Positions 52,346 through 60,744 of a DNA stretch of 64,000 bases are shown here, piece by piece; positions within the stretch are counted from its first letter, which is position 1, and each line of letters opens with the position of its first letter. The DNA is from a virus. The stretch is taken from positions 46,838 to 110,837 of IMG/VR virus record IMGVR_UViG_3300045988_133686; one strand, given 5' to 3'. The position numbers were made by a program, and so were the translations under genes. The notes below the pieces were generated by a model, which was not told where the DNA came from, made no database searches, and was given only the letters and a program-made list of their open reading frames with translations.

Positions 52346-52373
52346 AGTATACCACAAATTGCAGAAAATACAA
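52346..52373 (-). promoter_or_regulatory. promoter of the ATPase-RloB operon
   Basis: Minus strand TTGTAT - 16 nt - (TGTGG)TATACT. Confidence 0.55.
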
Positions 52374-52433
52374 TTCAGAAAATCACGTTTTTTGATTTTT
52401 CGTTTCTGATTTCATTTTGTAAGCCAAATCGTC

Positions 52434-52649
52434 TTAACCATTCACCCCCATAAACTTACCGTGCTCAATATCTCCGTCCAGCTTCGCCACCCGCACCTTA
52501 ATATTGAACATATGGGCCTCGTGTTTGCTCTGCCACGCTTCCTCCACGATGCAGCGCGCTACCTTCGCATTATCGGCTTCCGTATAAAACACCCACCATC
52601 GCTCGCCGCCGCGCTTGGTCAGGAACTTTACTTCGTAAGTTTTCTTCAT
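52434..52649 (-). CDS. hypothetical 71-aa protein coupled to second ATPase
   Basis: ATG 52649 after AAGGAGAG, 1 nt after ATPase stop. Confidence 0.55.
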   Translation of the reverse strand: MKKTYEVKFLTKRGGERWWVFYTEADNAKVARCIVEEAWQSKHEAHMFNIKVRVAKLDGDIEHGKFMGVNG

Positions 52650-52650
52650 A

Positions 52651-53739
52651 TTATCTCTCCTTAAATTTTTGCAGTCGCTTCTTCTCCGCCATATAAGAAT
52701 CATGCAGCGGCGCAGTTCCTTCTAGGAAATCGCTGTCATATAACTCGCTCTTTCTTACTCCCTTGAGTTTAGGAGCGTCCGCCATATTCTGCAAGGTAAT
52801 ACCATTTTCGTTCCGCGCGATATAGATGTTATCCCTACGGTCGAATTCATCCAGCAGCTCGGAACGGTGCGTAGAAAAAATCAGCGTGGCGCCATTTTTG
52901 TTTACATGCCGATCCATGTAAAAGCGAAGTATCGAAGCCACGATTTCCTTATTAAAATGGTTTTCCAAATCATCTACAATCAGATACCCGCCGATCTGCA
53001 TTGAGTATTCCAAATATCTTAACAGCTTAATGCCTCGCATTGTACCGGCTGACAAGTAGTGATCGAGATCATCAGCCCTCGGCATGACGATTTCTTCTTT
53101 GCCGTAGAACTTCACCTTGGCATCACCTTCTATGTGTAAGTATTCAATACGCGGATCGAAAAGCGCAAGCCATTCTTTTGGAGTATGTCCATTTGCCAAT
53201 GGCCGCTCTTCGAGCGTACTGATAAACCTGACCGGGTACGTGTTTACAATTGTCTCATACCGCCTATCACGAAGAAGCATTTCCACCGGCATGTTACCCA
53301 AACTATACATTTCCTTCTTCTTTGTAGACCTCGTAACGGTCTTGTAGTTCAGTATTTCCTTTGCGACGTAACATCCTTTCTTATCACGCTTTATGATATC
53401 CTTTTGGCAAATCAGCGACCCCGCCTCGTAAATATAGCTTTCAAACACAACTTCCTTATCGGGACTCAGCTCGTCGAATATTTCGCAGCCTGGCAGATCA
53501 TTGACCGACCACTGTCCCTTCAACATCCCCATTGCGAATGTCAGCGCCTTTAGCACCGAAGTCTTGCCGGATGCGTTCATGCCAGTTATCGCAACGACAT
53601 TGTTCTGATACACGTTGTTGAATATATTATACATGTTTTCCGCATCGTCTTCGCGCACTTTTTGTTTGGCAACGAAGTCGAGTTCTATCTTGCCGCGGAA
53701 CAACGGAAGTCCATCAATCGTAAGTTTCAAAAGCCGCAT
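52651..53739 (-). CDS. ABC/AAA_21-type ATPase (second copy, divergent)
   Basis: Walker A GMNASGKTS, Walker B YLIVDDLENHF, H-loop FSTHRSEL; SMC/RecF-like N-terminus MRLLKLTIDGLPLF. Confidence 0.8.
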   Translation of the reverse strand: MRLLKLTIDGLPLFRGKIELDFVAKQKVREDDAENMYNIFNNVYQNNVVAITGMNASGKTSVLKALTFAMGMLKGQWSVNDLPGCEIFDELSPDKEVVFESYIYEAGSLICQKDIIKRDKKGCYVAKEILNYKTVTRSTKKKEMYSLGNMPVEMLLRDRRYETIVNTYPVRFISTLEERPLANGHTPKEWLALFDPRIEYLHIEGDAKVKFYGKEEIVMPRADDLDHYLSAGTMRGIKLLRYLEYSMQIGGYLIVDDLENHFNKEIVASILRFYMDRHVNKNGATLIFSTHRSELLDEFDRRDNIYIARNENGITLQNMADAPKLKGVRKSELYDSDFLEGTAPLHDSYMAEKKRLQKFKER

Positions 53740-53748
53740 AAGCCCTCC

Positions 53749-54111
53749 TTATTTCCGTTTCGGTTTGTCACGCTTTTCCGATTTCGGTTTCGATTTCTGT
53801 TTCGTATAAGAAAAAGAAGATGTCTGCTCCGTGCAGGCATCCTCTTCTTCGAGAACCGTGTAGTCATATTTACATAGGTTGGTCAGTCTTACTATCGAGT
53901 CTCCGTTGGCGATCCCGCTCTCAATCATCGTCATCGCCGCGCCTTCATAATTTGCGCACCGGCTCAGACTCAGGTATTCCAGCAACACCACCTTGCGGCC
54001 GTTCTGCTCGACGCCGTACAGCCTGTGGCAAACCACATCCGATATCTCCGTCGTGAAGGTCTTGAAATTATTGGCGTTATACAATCTGCCGCGGTAATCC
54101 TTAATCCACAT
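53749..54111 (-). CDS. hypothetical protein with Lys-rich tail
   Basis: ATG 54111 adjacent to upstream stop; C-terminus KQKSKPKSEKRDKPKRK. Confidence 0.5.
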   Translation of the reverse strand: MWIKDYRGRLYNANNFKTFTTEISDVVCHRLYGVEQNGRKVVLLEYLSLSRCANYEGAAMTMIESGIANGDSIVRLTNLCKYDYTVLEEEDACTEQTSSFSYTKQKSKPKSEKRDKPKRK

Positions 54112-54112
54112 C

Positions 54113-54388
54113 TTACACCCCATCAATCTCGCGCAGGGACGCCAGCACTTCGTCCGGCTTGTCGCGGAACTCATCCAGTGTGTCATACGCATCAGTCAGC
54201 GAATCCACCGCGTTCTGCATGGTTTCATATCGCTCAGTATCCTGCAAGCTCTCCGGCATATTGTCCAGGCATGCCTGTTCATCCATATTCAGATCGTCCA
54301 CTTCATTGAAGATCCATTCCAGCGAAGTGGCTACGTTTTCCAACTCTTCGATAACCTTACGAATGCGCGCTCTGCGATCTCTGTTCAT
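54113..54388 (-). CDS. hypothetical acidic helical protein
   Basis: 91 aa, first gene of the coupled four-gene cassette. Confidence 0.5.
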   Translation of the reverse strand: MNRDRRARIRKVIEELENVATSLEWIFNEVDDLNMDEQACLDNMPESLQDTERYETMQNAVDSLTDAYDTLDEFRDKPDEVLASLREIDGV

Positions 54389-54809
54389 CTACGATTTCCT
54401 CCTGAACTTCATTATTTTCGTCCAAATAAAGAATATAGTGAATTGTTTTATCCAGTGAACGGGCTTTTACTTCCCAGCGCTGTGCCGGATAATTCCAGCG
54501 TACAGAATCATCTTCTACAAATATCTTCTTCTCTATTTTGTCCTCTCTTTGACTGCGGCCTATACACCACAAATAAACGATGTGCAATACGTCCTCTTTA
54601 GTCAACCCCGGCGGCGGCGCTTCCCGTTCTTCTCTCTCCTTTTCCTTTTCAAAATAGGCCAGCACTGCTTGCCCGACTTGCTTTTCAAATTCGATTTGCT
54701 CATGCCGTCTCTTGTTAACCTTGTACTGGACAACCATTTCCTGGATGCCTTCGACCGCCAGCCTGAGCAGGATCAATGCTCCGATGCCAAGTGCAATTAG
54801 CAAACTCAT
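54357..54809 (-). CDS. N-terminally anchored membrane protein, paralog pair member
   Basis: MSLLIALGIGALILLRL.. TM shared with 54806..54991. Confidence 0.5.
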   Translation of the reverse strand: MSLLIALGIGALILLRLAVEGIQEMVVQYKVNKRRHEQIEFEKQVGQAVLAYFEKEKEREEREAPPPGLTKEDVLHIVYLWCIGRSQREDKIEKKIFVEDDSVRWNYPAQRWEVKARSLDKTIHYILYLDENNEVQEEIVDEQRSQSAHS

Positions 54810-54991
54810 TTCTGTTCACCTTGCTGTTCTTGTTCCGCCCGTTTCTTCATCTCCGCAATTTCTCGTTCGCGTTCCAGTCTGGCCTGTCGCTCATTGAGCA
54901 CATGTAATTGCGCCTTCATGATCTGATACTCCTCGACCAGCAATCGAATAAGAATGAATGCTCCGATTCCAAGTGCAATCAATACACTCAT
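54806..54991 (-). CDS. N-terminally anchored coiled-coil membrane protein, paralog pair member
   Basis: MSVLIALGIGAFILIRL.. TM then charged coiled coil. Confidence 0.5.
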   Translation of the reverse strand: MSVLIALGIGAFILIRLLVEEYQIMKAQLHVLNERQARLEREREIAEMKKRAEQEQQGEQK

Positions 54992-55002
54992 ACCGGCACC
55001 TC

Positions 55003-55239
55003 CTACGCAATCTCAACCAACGTCACCGTGCGGCGTTTGTTCTGTGCCTCCCACGCCTCGCAGTCACCAACCTTGCCGATGTACTTTCTGTCGCTGTGTA
55101 TTACACCGGTTCGGCTGACCGGATAATATCCATGCTTCAATTTTACCACAAGAGTTCCGTTCGGAGTTTCAAAAACCGGGCGATGACGACAACCGCCGCG
55201 GTTCGTAACGTTCTGAGTACCAATAAGTTGAAGCTTCAT
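55003..55239 (-). CDS. hypothetical protein
   Basis: 78 aa directly downstream of Doc/Fic gene. Confidence 0.5.
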   Translation of the reverse strand: MKLQLIGTQNVTNRGGCRHRPVFETPNGTLVVKLKHGYYPVSRTGVIHSDRKYIGKVGDCEAWEAQNKRRTVTLVEIA

Positions 55240-55252
55240 AAACGCACCTCCA

Positions 55253-56146
55253 TTATCTATCCTTCAGTCTACGTAATGGCGCCTCGAACTGGTCGATGAG
55301 TGTGTACCGGAGATCCGCCCCATCCATCAGCTCCCGGTAGCTCGCCACTTGGTCATACAGGCCAAGCTCACTGAGCACATGCCGCACAGTCTTCGCCCCG
55401 ACCACTCGCGTGTCACCACGATACGGAATGCTCGCCCGGCGCACCCTGGATTCCGAAAACCAATTTTGTTTCCCGATCCGGCGCTCAAAGTGAACCTTGC
55501 CGCCGGACACATTCGCCGTCACCTGATACCCTTCGAGGATGGAGCACAGTTCCCGCGACGTGATGTCAACATGAAACGCATTGTCTTTCCGCTTCGTCAT
55601 CCGCTTCAGGCAGCGTGCGATCACGGCAACGCGCCGGTCGGACTCCGGCAGACTATGGTCGGTTTTTTGCCATTGATACGGGTACTGCCTGGGCAGCTCG
55701 TTCGCCGCCGTCGCCACAACCAATGCCTCAAATTCCTTGGCTTTCACATTCGGCATGTAGCCAAACTTGTCAAGGTGATAAAGCAGTGTCAACAGTGACA
55801 CGCGCTTATTGCCGTCGCTGAAGGCGTGGTCTTTCACCAGCCCGTAAAACAACGTCGCGCAGCGATCCAGCGCCCTTGTGTATTTGTACCGGTTGCCCAG
55901 CCCGACCACTTGCCGACTGACTGCCGACGCGAGCAAGTGCCCGCTGCGCAGCCCAACCAACATGCTCTCGGCTTCCTCCGGCCGTGAGGGATCGGTGAAG
56001 AAGTCCACGAGGATGATATAGGCACATAGCACATCGTCGGTCGTGATGTCCGCCCCGCCCAGTCCGCTGACACCACCCGCTTCAGCCCGCATTCTCAGAT
56101 ATTCTTCTCGCAGCTCCGGCCTTAAATTGCGCATATACAACTTCAC
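55253..56146 (-). CDS. Fic/Doc-family protein (Doc-type motif) with C-terminal extension
   Basis: HAFSDGNKRVS matches Doc variant HxFx(D/N)(A/G)NKR of the Fic motif; 297 aa versus about 125 aa for classical Doc. Confidence 0.75.
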   Translation of the reverse strand: MKLYMRNLRPELREEYLRMRAEAGGVSGLGGADITTDDVLCAYIILVDFFTDPSRPEEAESMLVGLRSGHLLASAVSRQVVGLGNRYKYTRALDRCATLFYGLVKDHAFSDGNKRVSLLTLLYHLDKFGYMPNVKAKEFEALVVATAANELPRQYPYQWQKTDHSLPESDRRVAVIARCLKRMTKRKDNAFHVDITSRELCSILEGYQVTANVSGGKVHFERRIGKQNWFSESRVRRASIPYRGDTRVVGAKTVRHVLSELGLYDQVASYRELMDGADLRYTLIDQFEAPLRRLKDR

Positions 56147-56218
56147 TTCTTCCTCCTTTCAGTATATCATGTCGAATCAGGATCGTCAACGCGGGCGACG
56201 TCGGTTCCCGATTTCGAT

Positions 56219-56794
56219 TCATAGCTCGGCGCGAACCGCGCGTATGTAATTCGTGATCCACTGTTCCTCGTCGATACCTGCCAGCGCCTTGCGCACAGTG
56301 TGCATCTTCATCATCCCATCGTCGCTGATCTCGCGGAGGTGATACTGATCCCACAGCTCCATCAGATCGTCGAACGCTTTCTTATTGATGTATCTTTCCA
56401 TGCCGTGCTGCCGCGGATCACACTGCCCGCAAGCGCCGGACTCAAAATACCAATCCTCGCCGTCGATGCAGAGCCATTCCGGGTACAGGCTGCAATCCAG
56501 CACGTCCCGCAGATCATTGCAACTGCCCGCCCACTGCGACACAACCTCGCTCGGCGCGCAATCGAACCGCTCGCACATGTAATATTTGTCCGCAGCGCTC
56601 ATGTCTTCAAACTGGTCAGAGATATAACCATTCACATCAAACTTGTTGCCGTTCAGCGGGGACACCACGGCGAAGGAAGCACTGAATAACCGGCTCCCGT
56701 CGCCGTATGTCCGTACACCGAATTCCGCAAAAACGATCTCATGATTCTTAGTCGCGCCAAGCAAATACTTCATTCTGCCGTACCAATCAACCAT
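56219..56794 (-). CDS. hypothetical protein
   Basis: ATG 56794 abuts upstream stop; Cys-containing 191 aa. Confidence 0.5.
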   Translation of the reverse strand: MVDWYGRMKYLLGATKNHEIVFAEFGVRTYGDGSRLFSASFAVVSPLNGNKFDVNGYISDQFEDMSAADKYYMCERFDCAPSEVVSQWAGSCNDLRDVLDCSLYPEWLCIDGEDWYFESGACGQCDPRQHGMERYINKKAFDDLMELWDQYHLREISDDGMMKMHTVRKALAGIDEEQWITNYIRAVRAEL

Positions 56795-56795
56795 A

Positions 56796-57314
56796 TCACT
56801 TATCCTCCAATGCCGATTTGATTTTAGCCAGCAGCTCGTCCCGCGTTTTAATTTCGTGTTCCAATCTCGCGCATTCCACCTCGCGCTTCTCAACGATCTT
56901 CTTCATGATCCGCTCTTCCACGCTTGCCATGATCTCCGGCCAGTGTTCGTAGAGAGAAAGGAGAACATCCGGGGCGCATCCGTCACTGGTGCGATAAATA
57001 TTATAAGTGTTACATGCTGGCACACGATAAGAGTACGCGCGCTCCAGAATAGCCGGAAGTCCGTCATTGTTCAGCCTTAAAGCGATCACCGTGTCGCAAT
57101 TGTGAACGCCAACAAAATCAAGCTTAACATCCGTCCCGATCTCCCCGACTCCCAGCTTGTCCAGCTCTAAAAGATCCTTGTCAATCCCTTCCCGTATCCA
57201 GTGCGTCTGCGCGGCGAGTTCATCCTCCGCCGCCTTGGCTTCCTGTCTCTGCGCCTGCATCTCGCGTTCCATCAGCTCATTCAATTCCAAAAACCTTTTC
57301 ATCGCTTCCGTCAT
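56796..57314 (-). CDS. hypothetical coiled-coil protein
   Basis: ATG 57314 after AAAGGAGAA. Confidence 0.5.
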   Translation of the reverse strand: MTEAMKRFLELNELMEREMQAQRQEAKAAEDELAAQTHWIREGIDKDLLELDKLGVGEIGTDVKLDFVGVHNCDTVIALRLNNDGLPAILERAYSYRVPACNTYNIYRTSDGCAPDVLLSLYEHWPEIMASVEERIMKKIVEKREVECARLEHEIKTRDELLAKIKSALEDK

Positions 57315-57352
57315 TTCCGTTTCTCCTTTCAAATCTCAGTTCGGCCGCGACC

Positions 57353-57691
57353 TTATTTCAACTTCTTTGGATCAAACTCATCTTCCATATGGCACGCCTG
57401 CACCTTGCCGCCGATAAAGTGCAGAGTCATATCGTCGTAATCGTCCTCTTCCGTATAGATTTCAAAATGCACATTCGGGAACTCTGCGGATACGGTTTTG
57501 AATTCTGAGGCAAGATCCTGCCAAGTCTTCTCAGCATCATCTCCATAAAGGCGCCAGTGGTCGTCCCCATAAGACCATTTGTCCTCGAAGCATTTGCTCA
57601 GGCCGTGTTTCACAATCGAATCGTAGATCTCGGTTCTTTCTTCTTCAAAAGCACAATCACACATAAGCATAGCGGACAGATAGTAGTTCAT
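57353..57691 (-). CDS. hypothetical protein, tandem paralog B
   Basis: ATG 57691 after GAGGAGGA; shares CDC, P(N/D)VHFE, (L/I)H(F/Y)(I/L)GGK.Q.C motifs with 57703..58059. Confidence 0.55.
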   Translation of the reverse strand: MNYYLSAMLMCDCAFEEERTEIYDSIVKHGLSKCFEDKWSYGDDHWRLYGDDAEKTWQDLASEFKTVSAEFPNVHFEIYTEEDDYDDMTLHFIGGKVQACHMEDEFDPKKLK

Positions 57692-57702
57692 ATGATTCCT
57701 CC

Positions 57703-58059
57703 TCAATTAAGCTTCTCCTGGTCGAACGGGTCATAGTTCATAGTCCCATAGCACACCTGCATCTTCCCGCCGAGGTAGTGGATTTTTACGTAATTACACC
57801 AGTACGCACCGTTCTTGATTTCCACCTCAAAGTGGACATCTGGGTGGCGCTGCGACACAAAGCGGAACTCCTTAGCCAAATCTATCCAGAACTGACTCGC
57901 AATCTCCATATCAAGCAGGTGCCACATCCCATCTTCAAACCACCAATAATTATCCAAATACAGATCGAATCCATATTCGGAAAGCGAATCCAGAATCTTA
58001 TCTCGTTCTGCATTATCGTTACAGTCACACGCCAAACACATCATGGTGTAATCTGTCAT
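57703..58059 (-). CDS. hypothetical protein, tandem paralog A
   Basis: See paralog B; 118 aa. Confidence 0.55.
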   Translation of the reverse strand: MTDYTMMCLACDCNDNAERDKILDSLSEYGFDLYLDNYWWFEDGMWHLLDMEIASQFWIDLAKEFRFVSQRHPDVHFEVEIKNGAYWCNYVKIHYLGGKMQVCYGTMNYDPFDQEKLN

Positions 58060-58106
58060 TTCACAACCTCCAACAGCTCAACTGCGCATCCAAGATTTTA
58101 TCAAGT

Positions 58107-58427
58107 TCATCTCGCGTCATCTGCATTTTCGATTTCCCTTTCTTGCGCTTCTCGCACCAGCTTTTCAAATTCAGTTCTCCGTTCCGCAATCCGTTCCGCC
58201 GGGATGCGCGCTATCCTATCCGTGATCTCAATCGAGTGTGCCCGCTGCGCCGTATCACTCATCGTGGTCTTGTCATTGACAGCAGCCAGCCCCGTGTCCG
58301 GCACGATCGCACACCATGTAAAGCCAGCCTTGTAATAGTTGTAAGTCCCGTCAGTATACCCGCTGTGCAGCTTCGCAATTTTCTTTCCTTTTTCTATGTG
58401 AACCGAGTAGAATTCACACTTCTTCAT
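58107..58427 (-). CDS. hypothetical protein
   Basis: 106 aa; overlaps recombinase stop by 14 nt. Confidence 0.45.
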   Translation of the reverse strand: MKKCEFYSVHIEKGKKIAKLHSGYTDGTYNYYKAGFTWCAIVPDTGLAAVNDKTTMSDTAQRAHSIEITDRIARIPAERIAERRTEFEKLVREAQEREIENADDAR

Positions 58428-59145
58428 CGTCAACCCCCGCAATCTTCAGCTCGTCGTACAGCCCAGCCACATGATCCTCGTAACTGCCGATGTAGCGTTT
58501 CGTCACCTCCGTGCTCCGCTGCCCAAGCGCATCTCTCGCGGCCTCCAGACTGTGCGTCTGGTTGAAGATGTTATAGCCGCAGGTCTTGCGCATCGAATGC
58601 GTGCTGAGTTGAAATTTCAATTCCAAATCCCGCCGCACCGCCCGCAGAATCTTCCCATAAGAATCCGTGCTCATCATGCCGTTCGGCAGGCTGATGTCGC
58701 GCCCGTCCTTCTCCCTCGCTTTGTTGCCGTGCGATTTGCGGCTGGGGAACAGGTAGTCATCCGTTTTCAGATTGGATTCCCGAATGTACTCCGCCAGCTC
58801 GCCCCGCAGGAACTCGTTCAGGTGCATCGACTTCTTGACCTTCGTCTTTTGCTCGGCGTATCGCACCGTGCCGCGGATCGTGCCGTCGAGCCGCATCACA
58901 TCCCCGACCCGCAGCTTCAGCACGTCCCCGCACCGTCTTCCCGTGTACGAGCCAAACAGGAAGATCATCCAGTTCCGGCGCCCGTATGGACTGCTTGCCA
59001 GCAGGTACTCGCGGATCCGCCGCATGTCCGCCGCTTCCCGCACAGGTTCGGCCGGTCCAGACCTCGGCGCTTCGTAAATTCGCTTGCCCGCTGCCGCCGT
59101 TTCCGGTTTCGGAATCGGTTTCCAAACCCTGAGCGCAACCGCCAT
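58414..59145 (-). CDS. short tyrosine recombinase (second integrase-family gene)
   Basis: GRRCGDVLKLRVGDV (Arg I region), LSTHSMRKTCGYNIF (HxxR), GQRSTEVTKRYIG (catalytic Tyr). Confidence 0.8.
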   Translation of the reverse strand: MAVALRVWKPIPKPETAAAGKRIYEAPRSGPAEPVREAADMRRIREYLLASSPYGRRNWMIFLFGSYTGRRCGDVLKLRVGDVMRLDGTIRGTVRYAEQKTKVKKSMHLNEFLRGELAEYIRESNLKTDDYLFPSRKSHGNKAREKDGRDISLPNGMMSTDSYGKILRAVRRDLELKFQLSTHSMRKTCGYNIFNQTHSLEAARDALGQRSTEVTKRYIGSYEDHVAGLYDELKIAGVDDEEV

Positions 59146-59366
59146 TACCGCAGCACCTCCCGCGCATTCGCTGCCATGCGGAATCCGCCCGCAAACTCGA
59201 TCACCCACATGGGGTTGTTCTCCATCGGCTGCACCCTTGCCACGACGGTAAAGGGCTTGCCGATGTACGGCTCCCAGCGCGCCCCGAAAGAATCCTCTTC
59301 GCGCTGCGGCAGGAATCGTTTTGCAAATCCGAATCGTTCCAGACGTTCGTAAGTGAAGTTACTCAT
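59145..59366 (-). CDS. hypothetical protein
   Basis: 73 aa, coupled to recombinase gene. Confidence 0.45.
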   Translation of the reverse strand: MSNFTYERLERFGFAKRFLPQREEDSFGARWEPYIGKPFTVVARVQPMENNPMWVIEFAGGFRMAANAREVLR

Positions 59367-60216
59367 TGATCGTCACCTGTCCTCTCCAAGCCTTGCCGGT
59401 CAGGCCGTAAGTTTCATCCACACCCCAGTTGCCGCCGACATGGCGCGGGCAGTCCGGCAGAGCTTCCCAAATCATGCTTACGGGCAGCTCAACGTCGCGC
59501 TCCAGCTCGATGAAGTCAGACCCGGCGCCGTCCCACGGGGCGAACAGCAGTGTGAAACTGTCTTTGGAGATCGTAATCGTGCCGGGCTTGTCCGCTGATT
59601 TCCATTTGCTATTGAGTTTTATGAGCTGTCCCAGCGTCATCGTGACAAGGAAGGTAAGTGTGCTGAGGTCGCCTGTCTGGTAGCTCACAGCGTCAAAAGT
59701 TGAATTAACAAATTCGTTTTCCGAATCACGCTCGGTGTTCAATTCGATTTCGGATTTGCGATGCCCCTGCTGCTCGATCAGCCAGGCGATGCCGGAGCGT
59801 GGATCGATGAAGCCTTTACCATCAAAGCCGTTGAGCGTGAAGTCCACATTGCTCTCCGCGCCGGTGTCCACCATGATCGGCACACGAAACTCCTGTTTGA
59901 GGAAGTGGTCGGCGGGGTAGACGGGATATGTAAGCTCATAGATCGCGTCCCGCACATCATCCTCTTCAACGCCCAAGTCCGCGGCGCAACTCTCGATGAG
60001 TTCTTCTTCCATGTTGCACTGCGCTATGTCGTACATATATTCAAGTTCTTCGTAGAATGCGATTTCGGGATCATCGCTGTCCAGGATTTCGATTGCTGTT
60101 TTCAGATCCAATTCGTCGCGGTAGTCCGCGTAAAGCTCCATCGCGTACCCGGAGGCATCGCGGCAATTCTCATAATTCTTCTCCAGCCATTCGCGCACCA
60201 TTGCATCAGTCGTCAT
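59359..60216 (-). CDS. hypothetical acidic protein
   Basis: 285 aa, strongly acidic N-terminal half. Confidence 0.5.
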   Translation of the reverse strand: MTTDAMVREWLEKNYENCRDASGYAMELYADYRDELDLKTAIEILDSDDPEIAFYEELEYMYDIAQCNMEEELIESCAADLGVEEDDVRDAIYELTYPVYPADHFLKQEFRVPIMVDTGAESNVDFTLNGFDGKGFIDPRSGIAWLIEQQGHRKSEIELNTERDSENEFVNSTFDAVSYQTGDLSTLTFLVTMTLGQLIKLNSKWKSADKPGTITISKDSFTLLFAPWDGAGSDFIELERDVELPVSMIWEALPDCPRHVGGNWGVDETYGLTGKAWRGQVTINE

Positions 60217-60427
60217 CTTCCCAACCTCCCTCCCGATCAATATCGTTTATCTCAATGTCATGATTTGCGATTTCTAAACCCAGATCCTCAGTCAGCACGG
60301 AATCCTGCTCCTCAACAATCATGTCCCGCACCTTCTGTTCGACTTGTTCATCGGTCGCGTCCTCCGGCACTCGCACATAACACCTATAAAAGCGCTTAAT
60401 TGCCACGTCAACAGGGATAACCATCAT
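60206..60427 (-). CDS. hypothetical acidic protein
   Basis: Internal ATG of track ORF; start uncertain. Confidence 0.4.
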   Translation of the reverse strand: MMVIPVDVAIKRFYRCYVRVPEDATDEQVEQKVRDMIVEEQDSVLTEDLGLEIANHDIEINDIDREGGWEDDD

Positions 60428-60734
60428 CGCGCATCCTCCTCCCGCACCTCGCAATCGCATTCTCAACAGTCGCCCAGTACACCTCAGCCCGTGCGTCGTT
60501 ATTGACAAAGTCGTGAAGAACGTGCCACGCCGCCCGCTCGATCTGCTCGTCCGTCAATTGCTCATCGTTTTCGGCAAGATAGTCGCGCACATCCTCGACC
60601 GTGCATTCAAATTCATAATCACCATGGATCTCCCGACGCATCTTCAGTTTGCCATTCGCTTCAATCAACTTCTTGATCTGCTGCGCGACTTCCGCGCTGT
60701 CAACATACCCGCCGACAAAATACTTCTCTTCCAT
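60408..60734 (-). CDS. hypothetical protein
   Basis: MEEKYFVGGYV.. start; 108 aa. Confidence 0.45.
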   Translation of the reverse strand: MEEKYFVGGYVDSAEVAQQIKKLIEANGKLKMRREIHGDYEFECTVEDVRDYLAENDEQLTDEQIERAAWHVLHDFVNNDARAEVYWATVENAIARCGRRMRDDGYPC

Positions 60735-60744
60735 CTCGCACCTC

